Part shown: piece after piece, positions 28,051 through 41,900 of the stretch
How positions within the stretch are numbered: position 1 is the stretch's first letter
Layout of the letters: each line of letters begins with the position of its first letter
Origin: Eledone cirrhosa
Taxonomy: Eukaryota
Assembly: GCA_964016885.1 (NCBI GenBank)
Contig: OZ024741.1
Coordinates: 416,206,001 to 416,270,000 of the forward strand
Direction of reading: 5' to 3'
DNA: 64,000 nt
Program-made: the position numbers and the translations under genes
Notes under the pieces: model-generated
Told to the model about the DNA's origin: nothing
Database searches by the model: none
Seen by the model: only the letters and a program-made list of their open reading frames with translations

Positions 28051-29324
28051 TTTAGTTACCAACCTGGTCAACACTGACCAGGACTATTACCTACAGATGT
28101 GTTAACCCTTTAGTTACCAACCTGGTCAACACTGACCAGGACTATTACCTACAGTTGTGTTAACCCTTTAGATTCCACCCTGGTCAACACTGACCAGGAC
28201 TATAACCTACAGTTGTCTTAACCCTTTAGTTTCCAACCTGGTCAACACTGACCAGGACTATTACCTACAGCTGTGTTAACCCTTTAGTTACCAACCTGGT
28301 CAACACTAACCAGGACTATTACCTACAGTTGTCTTAAACCATTTAGTTTCCAGCCTGGTCAACACTGACCAGGAATATTACCTACAGTTGTATTAACCCT
28401 TTAGTTACCAACCTGGTCAACACTGACCAGGACTATTACCTACAGCTGTGTTAACCCTTTAGTTACCAACCTGGTCAACACTGACCATGACTATTACCTA
28501 CAGCTGTGTTAACCCTTTAGTTACCAACCTGGTTAACACTGACCAGGACTATTACCTACAGTTGTCTTAACCCTTTAGTTACCAACCTGGTCAACACAGA
28601 CCAGGACTATTACCTACAGTTGTCTTAACCCTTTAGTTACCAACCTGGTCAACACTGACCAGGACTATTACCTACAGTTGTTTTAACCCTTTAGTTACCA
28701 ACCTGGTCAAAACTGACCAGCACTATTACCTAGAGTTGTCTTAACCCTTTAGTTACCAACCTGGTCAACACTGACCAGGACTATTACCTACAGATGTGTT
28801 AACCCTTTAGTTACCAACCTGGTCAACACTGACCAGGACTATTACCTACAGTTGTGTTAACCCTTTAGATTCCACCCTGGTCAACACTGACCAGGACTAT
28901 AACCTACAGTTGTCTTAACCCTTTAGTTTCCAACCTGGTCAACACTGACCAGGACTATTACCTACAGCTGTGTTAACCCTTTAGTTACCAACCTGGTCAA
29001 CACTAACCAGGACTATTACCTACAGTTGTCTTAAACCATTTAGTTTCCAGCCTGGTCAACACTGACCAGGAATATTACCTACAGTTGTATTAACCCTTTA
29101 GTTACCAACCTGGTCAACACTGACCAGGACTATTACCTACAGCTGTGTTAACCCTTTAGTTACCAACCTGGTCAACACTGACCATGACTATTACCTACAG
29201 CTGTGTTAACCCTTTAGTTACCAACCTGGTTAACACTGACCAGGACTATTACCTACAGTTGTCTTAACCCTTTAGTTACCAACCTGGTCAACACAGACCA
29301 GGACTATTACCTACAGTTGTCTTA
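27930..29324. repeat. 697-bp (12-monomer) tandem duplication
   Basis: GATTCCACCC occurs at 28171/28868. The same 697-bp pair occurs at 30026/30723 and 41262/41959. Confidence 0.88.
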
Positions 29325-31760
29325 ACCCTTTAGTTACCAACCTGGTCAACACTGACCAGGACTTACCTACAGTTGTCTTAACCCTTTAGTTACCAACCTG
29401 GTCAACACTGACCAGGACTTTAACCTACAGTTGTCTTAACCCTTTAGTTACCAACCTGGTCAACACTGACCAGGACTTACCTACAGTTGTCTTAACCCTT
29501 TAGTTACCAACCTGGTCAACACTGACCAGGACTTACCTACAGTTGTCTTAACCCTTTAGTTACCAACCTGGTCAACACTGACCAGGACTATTACCTACAG
29601 TTGTCTTAAACCCTTTAGTTTGCAGCCTGGTCAACACTGACCAGGACTATTACCTACAGTTGTCTTAAACCCTTTTGTTTCCAGCCTGGTCAACACTGAC
29701 CAGGACTATTACCTACAGTTGTTTTAACCCTTTAGTTACCAACCTGGTCAACACTGACCAGGACTATTACCTACAGTTGTCTTAAACTCTTTAGTTTCCA
29801 GCCTGGTCAACACTGACCAGGACTATTACCTACAGTTGTCTTAACCCTTTAGTTACCAACCTGGTCAACACTGACCATGACTATTACCTACAGTTGTCTT
29901 AACCCTTTAGTTACCAACCTGGTCAACACTGACCAGGACTATTACCTACAGATGTGTTAACCCTTTAGTTACCAACCTGGTCAACACTGACCAGGACTAT
30001 TACCTACAGTTGTGTTAACCCTTTAGATTCCACCCTGGTCAACACTGACCAGGACTATAACCTACAGTTGTCTTAACCCTTTAGTTTCCAACCTGGTCAA
30101 CACTGACCAGGACTATTACCTACAGCTGTGTTAACCCTTTAGTTACCAACCTGGTCAACACTAACCAGGACTATTACCTACAGTTGTCTTAAACCATTTA
30201 GTTTCCAGCCTGGTCAACACTGACCAGGAATATTACCTACAGTTGTATTAACCCTTTAGTTACCAACCTGGTCAACACTGACCAGGACTATTACCTACAG
30301 CTGTGTTAACCCTTTAGTTACCAACCTGGTCAACACTGACCATGACTATTACCTACAGCTGTGTTAACCCTTTAGTTACCAACCTGGTTAACACTGACCA
30401 GGACTATTACCTACAGTTGTCTTAACCCTTTAGTTACCAACCTGGTCAACACAGACCAGGACTATTACCTACAGTTGTCTTAACCCTTTAGTTACCAACC
30501 TGGTCAACACTGACCAGGACTATTACCTACAGTTGTTTTAACCCTTTAGTTACCAACCTGGTCAAAACTGACCAGCACTATTACCTAGAGTTGTCTTAAC
30601 CCTTTAGTTACCAACCTGGTCAACACTGACCAGGACTATTACCTACAGATGTGTTAACCCTTTAGTTACCAACCTGGTCAACACTGACCAGGACTATTAC
30701 CTACAGTTGTGTTAACCCTTTAGATTCCACCCTGGTCAACACTGACCAGGACTATAACCTACAGTTGTCTTAACCCTTTAGTTTCCAACCTGGTCAACAC
30801 TGACCAGGACTATTACCTACAGCTGTGTTAACCCTTTAGTTACCAACCTGGTCAACACTAACCAGGACTATTACCTACAGTTGTCTTAAACCATTTAGTT
30901 TCCAGCCTGGTCAACACTGACCAGGAATATTACCTACAGTTGTATTAACCCTTTAGTTACCAACCTGGTCAACACTGACCAGGACTATTACCTACAGCTG
31001 TGTTAACCCTTTAGTTACCAACCTGGTCAACACTGACCATGACTATTACCTACAGCTGTGTTAACCCTTTAGTTACCAACCTGGTTAACACTGACCAGGA
31101 CTATTACCTACAGTTGTCTTAACCCTTTAGTTACCAACCTGGTCAACACAGACCAGGACTATTACCTACAGTTGTCTTAACCCTTTAGTTACCAACCTGG
31201 TCAACACTGACCAGGACTTACCTACAGTTGTCTTAACCCTTTAGTTACCAACCTGGTCAACACTGACCAGGACTTTAACCTACAGTTGTCTTAACCCTTT
31301 AGTTACCAACCTGGTCAACACTGACCAGGACTTACCTACAGTTGTCTTAACCCTTTAGTTACCAACCTGGTCAACACTGACCAGGACTTACCTACAGTTG
31401 TCTTAACCCTTTAGTTACCAACCTGGTCAACACTGACCAGGACTATTACCTACAGTTGTCTTAAACCCTTTAGTTTGCAGCCTGGTCAACACTGACCAGG
31501 ACTATTACCTACAGTTGTCTTAAACCCTTTTGTTTCCAGCCTGGTCAACACTGACCAGGACTATTACCTACAGTTGTTTTAACCCTTTAGTTACCAACCT
31601 GGTCAACACTGACCAGGACTATTACCTACAGTTGTCTTAAACTCTTTAGTTTCCAGCCTGGTCAACACTGACCAGGACTATTACCTACAGTTGTCTTAAC
31701 CCTTTAGTTACCAACCTGGTCAACACTGACCATGACTATTACCTACAGTTGTCTTAACCC
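28050..31760. repeat. 1855-bp (32-monomer) tandem duplication containing the 697-bp duplication
   Basis: GATTCCACCC 28171>30026 and 28868>30723; TGCAGCC 29621>31476. All offsets are 1855. Confidence 0.88.
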
Positions 31761-34700
31761 TTTAGTTACCAACCTGGTCAACACTGACCAGGACTATCAC
31801 CTACAGTTTTCTCAACCCTTTAGTTACCAACCTGGTCAACACTGACCAAGACTTACCTACAGTTGTCTTAACCCTTTAGTTACCAACCTGGTCAACACTG
31901 ACCTGGACTATTACTTACAGTTGTCTTAACCCTTTAGTTACCAACCTGGTCAACACTGAACAAGACTATTACCTACAGTTGTCTTAACCCTTTAGTTTCC
32001 AACCTGGTCAACACTGACCAGGACTATTACCTACAGTTGTGTTAACCCTTTAGTTTCCACCCTGGTCAACACTGACCAGGACTATTACCTACAGTTGTCT
32101 TAACCCTTTAGTTTCCAACATGGTCAACACTGACCAAGACTATTACCTACAGTTGTCTTAACCCTTTAGTTACCAACCTGGTCAACACTGACCAGGACTA
32201 TTACCTACAGTTGTCTTAACCCTTTAGTTTCCAACCTGGTCAACACTGACCAAGACTATTACCTACAGTTTTCTCAACCCTTTAGTTACCAACCTGGTCA
32301 ACACTGACCAAGACTATTACCTACAGTTGTCTTAACCCTTTAGTTACCAACCTGGTCAACACTGACCAGGATTATTACCTACAGTTGTATTAACCCTTTA
32401 GTTACCAACCTGGTCAACACTGACCAAGACTATTACCTACAGTTGTCTTAACCCTTTAGTTTCCAACCTGGTCAACACTGACCAGCACTAGTACCTACAT
32501 TTGTCTTAAACCTTTAGTTACCAACCTGGTCAACACTGACCAAGACTATTACCTACAGTTGTCTTAACCCCTTAGTTACCAACCTGGTCAACACTGACCA
32601 GGACTATTACCTACCGTTGTCTTAACCCTTTAGTTACCAATCTGGTCAACACTGACCAGGACTATTACCTACAGTTGTCTTAACCCTTTAGTTTCCAACC
32701 TGGTCAACACTGACCAAGAATATTACCTACAGATGTCTTAACCCTTTAGTTACCAACCTGGTCAACACTGACCAAGACTATTACCTACAGTGGTCTTAAC
32801 TCTTTAGTTACCAACCTGGTCAACACTGACCAGGACTACTACCTACAGTTGTCTTAACCCTTTTGTTTCTAACCTGGTCAACACTGACCAGGACTATTAC
32901 CTACAGCTGTGTTAACCCTTTAGTTACCAACCTGGTCAACACTGACCAAGACTATTACCTACAGTTGTCTTAACGCTTTAGTTTCCAACCTGGTCAACAC
33001 TGACCAGGACTATTACCTACAGTTCTGTTAACCCTTTAGTTACCAACCTGGTCAAAACTGACCAGGATTATTACCTACAGTTGTCTTAACCCTTTAGTTA
33101 CCAACCTGGTCAACACTGACCAGGACTTTAACCTACAGTTGTCTTAACCCTTTAGTTACCAACCTGGTCAACACTGACCAGGACTTACCTACAGTTGTCT
33201 TAACCCTTTAGTTACCAACCTGGTCAACACTGACCAGGACTTACCTACAGTTGTCTCAACCCTTTAGTTACCAACCTGGTCAACACTGACCAAGACTTAC
33301 CTACAGTTGTCTTAACCCTTTAGTTACCAACCTGGTCAACACTGACCTGGACTATTACTTACAGTTGTCTTAACCCTTTAGTTACCAACCTGGTCAACAC
33401 TGACCAAGACTATTACCTACAGTTGTCTTAACCATTTAGTTTCCAACCTGGTCAACACTGACCAGGACTATTACCTACAGTTGTGTTAACCCTTTAGTTT
33501 CCACCCTGGTCAACACTGATCAAGACTATTACCTACAGTTTTCTCAACCCTTTAGTTACCAACCTGGTCAACACTGACCAAGACTATTACCTACAGTTGT
33601 CTTAACCCTTTAGTTACCAACCTGGTCAACACTGACCAGGACTATTACCTACAGTTGTATTAACCCTTTAGTTACCAACCTGGTCAACACTGACCAAGAC
33701 TATTACCTACAGTTGTCTTAACCCTTTAGTTTCCAACCTGGTCAACACTGACCAGCACTAGTACCTACAGTTGTCTTAACCCTTTAGTTACCAACCTGGT
33801 CAACACTGACCAAGACTATTATCTACAGTTGTCTTAACCCCTTAGTTACCAACCTGGTCAACACTGACCAGGACTATTACCTACCGTTGTCTTAACCCTT
33901 TAGTTACCAACCTGGTCAACACTGACCAGGACTATTACCTACAGTTGTCTTAACCCTTTAGTTTCCAACCTGGTCAACACTGACCAAGACTATTACCTAC
34001 AGTTGTCTTAACCCTTTAGTTACCAACCTGGTCAACACTGACCAAGACTATTACCTACAGTTGTCTTAAACCCTTTAGTTTCCAGCCTGGTCAACACTGA
34101 CCAAGACTATTACCTACAGTTGTCTTAAACCCTTTAGTTTCCAACCTGGTCAACACTGACCAGGACTACTACCTACAGTTGTCTTAACCCTTTAGTTTCT
34201 AACCTGGTCAACACTGACCAGGACTATTACCTACAGCTGTGTTAACCCTTTAGTTACCAACCTGGTCAACACAAACCAGGACTATTACCTACAGTTGTCT
34301 TAATCCTTTAGTTTCCAACCTGGTCAACACTGACCAGGACTATTACCTACAGTTGTCTTAACCCTTTAGTTACCAACCTAGTCAACACTAACCAGGACTA
34401 TTAACTACAGTTGTCTTAACCCTTTAGTTACCAACCTGGTCAACACTGACCAAGACTATTACCTACAGTTGTCTTAACCCTTTAGTTACCAACCTGGTCA
34501 ACACTGACCGGGACTATTACCTACAGTTGTCTTAACCCTTTAGTTTCCAACCTGGTCAACACTGACCAGGACTATTACCTACAGCTGTGTTAACCCTTTA
34601 GTTACCAACCTGGTCAACACAGACCAGGACTATTACCTACAGTTGTCTTAACCCTTTAGTTTCCAACCTGGTCAACACTGACCAGGACTATTACCTACAG

Positions 34701-37700
34701 TTGTCTTAACCCTTTAGTTACCAACCTGGTCAACACTGACCAGGACTATTACCTACAGTTGTTTTAACCCTTTAGTTACCAACCTGGTCAACACTGACCA
34801 GCACTATTACCTAGAGTTGTCTTAACCCTTTAGTTACCAACCTGGTCAACACTGACCATGACTATTACCTACAGCTGTGTTAACCCTTTAGTTACCAACC
34901 TGGTCAACACTAACCAGGACTATTACCTACAGTTGTCTTAAACCATTTAGTTTCCAGCCTGGTCAACACTGACCAGGAATATTACCTACAGTTGTATTAA
35001 CCCTTTAGTTACCAACCTGGTCAACACTGACCAGGACTATTACCTACAGCTGTGTTAACCCTTTAGTTACCAACCTGGTCAACACTGACCATGACTATTA
35101 CCTACAGCTGTGTTAACCCTTTAGTTACCAACCTGGTTAACACTGACCAGGACTATTACCTACAGTTGTCTTAACCCTTTAGTTACCAACCTGGTCAACA
35201 CAGACCAGGACTATTACCTACAGTTGTCTTAACCCTTTAGTTACCAACCTGGTCAACACTGACCAGGACTTACCTACAGTTGTCTTAACCCTTTAGTTAC
35301 CAACCTGGTCAACACTGACCAGGACTTTAACCTACAGTTGTCTTAACCCTTTAGTTACCAACCTGGTCAACACTGACCAGGACTTACCTACAGTTGTCTT
35401 AACCCTTTAGTTACCAACCTGGTCAACACTGACCAGGACTTACCTACAGTTGTCTTAACCCTTTAGTTACCAACCTGGTCAACACTGACCAGGACTATTA
35501 CCTACAGTTGTCTTAAACCCTTTAGTTTGCAGCCTGGTCAACACTGACCAGGACTATTACCTACAGTTGTCTTAAACCCTTTTGTTTCCAGCCTGGTCAA
35601 CACTGACCAGGACTATTACCTACAGTTGTTTTAACCCTTTAGTTACCAACCTGGTCAACACTGACCAGGACTATTACCTACAGTTGTCTTAAACTCTTTA
35701 GTTTCCAGCCTGGTCAACACTGACCAGGACTATTACCTACAGTTGTCTTAACCCTTTAGTTACCAACCTGGTCAACACTGACCATGACTATTACCTACAG
35801 TTGTCTTAACCCTTTAGTTACCAACCTGGTCAACACTGACCAGGACTATCACCTACAGTTTTCTCAACCCTTTAGTTACCAACCTGGTCAACACTGACCA
35901 AGACTTACCTACAGTTGTCTTAACCCTTTAGTTACCAACCTGGTCAACACTGACCTGGACTATTACTTACAGTTGTCGTAACCCTTTAGTTACCAACCTG
36001 GTCAACACTGAACAAGACTATTACCTACAGTTGTCTTAACCCTTTAGTTTCCAACCTGGTCAACACTGACCAGGACTATTACCTACAGTTGTGTTAACCC
36101 TTTAGTTTCCACCCTGGTCAACACTGACCAGGACTATTACCTACAGTTGTGTTAACCCTTTAGTTTCCAACATGGTCAACACTGACCAAGACTATTACCT
36201 ACAGTTGTCTTAACCCTTTAGTTACCAACCTGGTCAACACTGACCAGGACTATTACCTACAGTTGTCTTAACCCTTTAGTTTCCAACCTGGTCAACACTG
36301 ACCAAGACTATTACCTACAGTTTTCTCAACCCTTTAGTTACCAACCTGGTCAACACTGACCAAGACTATTACCTACAGTTGTCTTAACCCTTTAGTTACC
36401 AACCTGGTCAACACTGACCAGGACTATTACCTACAGTTGTATTAACCCTTTAGTTACCAACCTGGTCAACACTGACCAAGACTATTACCTACAGTTGTCT
36501 TAACCCTTTAGTTTCCAACCTGGTCGACACTGACCAGCACTAGTACCTACATTTGTCTTAAACCTTTAGTTACCAACCTGGTCAACACTGACCAAGACTA
36601 TTACCTACAGTTGTCTTAACCCCTTAGTTACCAACCTGGTCAACACTGACCAGGACTATTACCTACCGTTGTCTTAACCCTTTAGTTACCAATCTGGTCA
36701 ACACTGACCAGGACTATTACCTACAGTTGTCTTAACCCTTTAGTTTCCAACCTGGTCAACACTGACCAAGAATATTACCTACAGTTGTCTTAACCCTTTA
36801 GTTACCAACCTGGTCAACACTGACCAAGACTATTACCTACAGTGGTCTTAACTCTTTAGTTACCAACCTGGTCAACACTGACCAGGACTACTACCTACAG
36901 TTGTCTTAACCCTTTTGTTTCTAACCTGGTCAACACTGACCAGGACTATTACCTACAGCTGTGTTAACCCTTTAGTTACCAACCTGGTCAACACTGACCA
37001 AGACTATTACCTACAGTTGTCTTAACGCTTTAGTTTCCAACCTGGTCAACACTGACCAGGACTATTACCTACAGTTCTGTTAACCCTTTAGTTACCAACC
37101 TGGTCAAAACTGACCAGGATTATTACCTACAGTTGTCTTAACCCTTTAGTTACCAACCTGGTCAACACTGACCAGGACTTTAACCTACAGTTGTCTTAAC
37201 CCTTTAGTTACCAACCTGGTCAACACTGACCAGGACTTACCTACAGTTGTCTTAACCCTTTAGTTACCAACCTGGTCAACACTGACCAGGACTTACCTAC
37301 AGTTGTCTCAACCCTTTAGTTACCAACCTGGTCAACACTGACCAAGACTTACCTACAGTTGTCTTAACCCTTTAGTTACCAACCTGGTCAACACTGACCT
37401 GGACTATTACTTACAGTTGTCTTAACCCTTTAGTTACCAACCTGGTCAACACTGACCAAGACTATTACCTACAGTTGTCTTAACCATTTAGTTTCCAACC
37501 TGGTCAACACTGACCAGGACTATTACCTACAGTTGTGTTAACCCTTTAGTTTCCACCCTGGTCAACACTGATCAAGACTATTACCTACAGTTTTCTCAAC
37601 CCTTTAGTTACCAACCTGGTCAACACTGACCAAGACTATTACCTACAGTTGTCTTAACCCTTTAGTTACCAACCTGGTCAACACTGACCAGGACTATTAC

Positions 37701-38913
37701 CTACAGTTGTATTAACCCTTTAGTTACCAACCTGGTCAACACTGACCAAGACTATTACCTACAGTTGTCTTAACCCTTTAGTTTCCAACCTGGTCAACAC
37801 TGACCAGCACTAGTACCTACAGTTGTCTTAACCCTTTAGTTACCAACCTGGTCAACACTGACCAAGACTATTATCTACAGTTGTCTTAACCCCTTAGTTA
37901 CCAACCTGGTCAACACTGACCAGGACTATTACCTACCGTTGTCTTAACCCTTTAGTTACCAACCTGGTCAACACTGACCAGGACTATTACCTACAGTTGT
38001 CTTAACCCTTTAGTTTCCAACCTGGTCAACACTGACCAAGACTATTACCTACAGTTGTCTTAACCCTTTAGTTACCAACCTGGTCAACACTGACCAAGAC
38101 TATTACCTACAGTTGTCTTAAACCCTTTAGTTTCCAGCCTGGTCAACACTGACCAAGACTATTACCTACAGTTGTCTTAAACCCTTTAGTTTCCAACCTG
38201 GTCAACACTGACCAGGACTACTACCTACAGTTGTCTTAACCCTTTAGTTTCTAACCTGGTCAACACTGACCAGGACTATTACCTACAGCTGTGTTAACCC
38301 TTTAGTTACCAACCTGGTCAACACAAACCAGGACTATTACCTACAGTTGTCTTAATCCTTTAGTTTCCAACCTGGTCAACACTGACCAGGACTATTACCT
38401 ACAGTTGTCTTAACCCTTTAGTTACCAACCTAGTCAACACTAACCAGGACTATTAACTACAGTTGTCTTAACCCTTTAGTTACCAACCTGGTCAACACTG
38501 ACCAAGACTATTACCTACAGTTGTCTTAACCCTTTAGTTACCAACCTGGTCAACACTGACCGGGACTATTACCTACAGTTGTCTTAACCCTTTAGTTTCC
38601 AACCTGGTCAACACTGACCAGGACTATTACCTACAGCTGTGTTAACCCTTTAGTTACCAACCTGGTCAACACAGACCAGGACTATTACCTACAGTTGTCT
38701 TAACCCTTTAGTTTCCAACCTGGTCAACACTGACCAGGACTATTACCTACAGTTGTCTTAACCCTTTAGTTACCAACCTGGTCAACACTGACCAGGACTA
38801 TTACCTACAGTTGTTTTAACCCTTTAGTTACCAACCTGGTCAACACTGACCAGCACTATTACCTAGAGTTGTCTTAACCCTTTAGTTACCAACCTGGTCA
38901 ACACTGACCATGA
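30810..38913. repeat. 4052-bp (70-monomer) tandem duplication spanning the junction of the two 7-kb blocks
   Basis: ACTATCAC variant base 31798/35850; TTTGCAG G 31477/35529; GACCGGG 34506/38558. The switch point lies in the shared ACTATTACCTACAGCTGTGTTAACCC at ~34861-34886. Confidence 0.88.
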
Positions 38914-41900
38914 CTATTACCTACAGCTGTGTTAACCCCTTAGTTACCAACCTGGTTAACACTGACCAGGACTATTACCTACAGTTGTCTTAACCCTTTA
39001 GTTACCAACCTGGTCAACACAGACCAGGACTATTACCTACAGTTGTCTTAACCCTTTAGTTTCCAACCTGGTCAACACTGACCATGACTATTACCTACAG
39101 TTGTCTTAACCCTTTAGTTACCAACCTGGTCAACACTGACCAGGACTTACCTACAGTTGTCTTAACCCTTTAGTTACCAACCTGGTCAACACTGACCAGG
39201 ACTTTAACCTACAGTTGTCTTAACCCTTTAGTTACCAACCTGGTCAACACTGACCATGACTATTACCTACAGTTGTCTTAACCCTTTAGTTACCAACCTG
39301 GTCAACACTGACCAGGACTTTAACCTACAGTTGTCTTAACCCTTTAGTTACCAACCTGGTCAACACTGACCAGGACTATTACCTACAGTTGTCATATACC
39401 CTTTAGTTTCCAGCCTGGTCAACACTGACCAGGACTATTACCTACAGTTGTCTTAAACCCTTTAGTTTCCAGCCTGGTCAACACTGACCAGGACTATTAC
39501 CTACAGTTGTTTTAACCCTTTAGTTACCAACCTGGTCAACACTGACCAGGACAATTACCTACAGTTGTCTTAAACCCTTTAGTTTCCAGCCTGGTCAAAA
39601 CTGACCAGGACTATTACCTACAGTTGTTTTAACCCTTTAGTTACCAACCTGGTCAACACTGACCATGACTATTACCTACAGTTGTCTTAACCCTTTAGTT
39701 ACCAACCTGGTCAACACTGACCAGGACTATTACCTACAGTTTTCTCAACCCTTTAGTTACCAACCTGGTCAACACTGACCAAGACTTACCTACAGTTGTC
39801 TTAACCCTTTAGTTACCAACCTGGTCAACACTGACCTGGACTATTACTTACAGTTGTCTTAACCCTTTAGTTACCAACCTGGTCAACACTGACCAGCACT
39901 AGTACCTACAGTTGTCTTAACCCTTTAGTTACCAACCTGGTCAACACTGACCAGGACTATTACCTACAGTTGTATTAACCCTTTAGTTACCAACCTGGTC
40001 AACACTGACCAAGACTATTACCTACAGTTGTCTTAACCCTTTAGTTTCCAACCTGGTCAACACTGACCAGCACTAGTACCTACAGTTGTCTTAACCCTTT
40101 AGTTACCAACCTGGTCAACACTGACCAAGACTATTATCTACAGTTGTCTTAACCCCTTAGTTACCAACCTGGTCAACACTGACCAGGACTATTACCTACC
40201 GTTGTCTTAACCCTTTAGTTACCAACCTGGTCAACACTGACCAGTACTATTACCTATAGTTGTCTTAACCCTTTAGTTTCCAACCTGGTCAACACTGACC
40301 AAGACTATTACCTACAGTTGTCTTAACCCTTTAGTTACCAACCTGGTCAACACTGACCAAGACTATTACCTACAGTTGTCTTAACCGTTTAGTTTCCAAC
40401 CTGGTCAACACTGACCAGGACTACTACCTACAGTTGTCTTAACCCTTTAGTTTCTAACCTGGTCAACACTGACCAGGACTATTACCTACAGCTGTGTTAA
40501 CCCTTTAGTTACCAACCTGGTCAACACAAACCAGGACTATTACCTACAGTTGACTTAATCCTTTAGTTTCCAACCTGGTCAACACTGACCTGGACTATTA
40601 CCTACAGTTGTCTTAACCCTTTAGTTACCAACCTGGTCAACACTGACCAGGACTATTACCTACAGTTGTTTTAACCCTTTAGTTACCAACCTGGTCAACA
40701 CTGACCAGGACTATTAACTACAGTTGTCTTAACCCTTTAGTTACCAACCTGGTCAACACTGACCAAGACTATTACCTACAGTTGTCTTAACCCTTTAGTT
40801 ACCAACCTGGTCAACACTGACCAGGACTATTACCTACAGTTGTCTTAACCCTTTAGTTTCCAACCTGGTCAACACTGACCAGGACTATTACCTACAGCTG
40901 TGTTAACCCTTTAGTTACCAACCTGGTCAACACAGACCAGGACTATTACCTACAGTTGTCTTAACCCTTTAGTTTCCAACCTGGTCAACACTGACCAGGA
41001 CTATTACCTACAGTTGTCTTAACCCTTTAGTTACCAACCTGGTCAACACTGACCAGGACTATTACCTACAGTTGTTTTAACCCTTTAGTTACCAACCTGG
41101 TCAAAACTGACCAGCACTATTACCTAGAGTTGTCTTAACCCTTTAGTTACCAACCTGGTCAACACTGACCAGGACTATTACCTACAGATGTGTTAACCCT
41201 TTAGTTACCAACCTGGTCAACACTGACCAGGACTATTACCTACAGTTGTGTTAACCCTTTAGATTCCACCCTGGTCAACACTGACCAGGACTATAACCTA
41301 CAGTTGTCTTAACCCTTTAGTTTCCAACCTGGTCAACACTGACCAGGACTATTACCTACAGCTGTGTTAACCCTTTAGTTACCAACCTGGTCAACACTAA
41401 CCAGGACTATTACCTACAGTTGTCTTAAACCATTTAGTTTCCAGCCTGGTCAACACTGACCAGGAATATTACCTACAGTTGTATTAACCCTTTAGTTACC
41501 AACCTGGTCAACACTGACCAGGACTATTACCTACAGCTGTGTTAACCCTTTAGTTACCAACCTGGTCAACACTGACCATGACTATTACCTACAGCTGTGT
41601 TAACCCTTTAGTTACCAACCTGGTTAACACTGACCAGGACTATTACCTACAGTTGTCTTAACCCTTTAGTTACCAACCTGGTCAACACAGACCAGGACTA
41701 TTACCTACAGTTGTCTTAACCCTTTAGTTACCAACCTGGTCAACACTGACCAGGACTATTACCTACAGTTGTTTTAACCCTTTAGTTACCAACCTGGTCA
41801 AAACTGACCAGCACTATTACCTAGAGTTGTCTTAACCCTTTAGTTACCAACCTGGTCAACACTGACCAGGACTATTACCTACAGATGTGTTAACCCTTTA

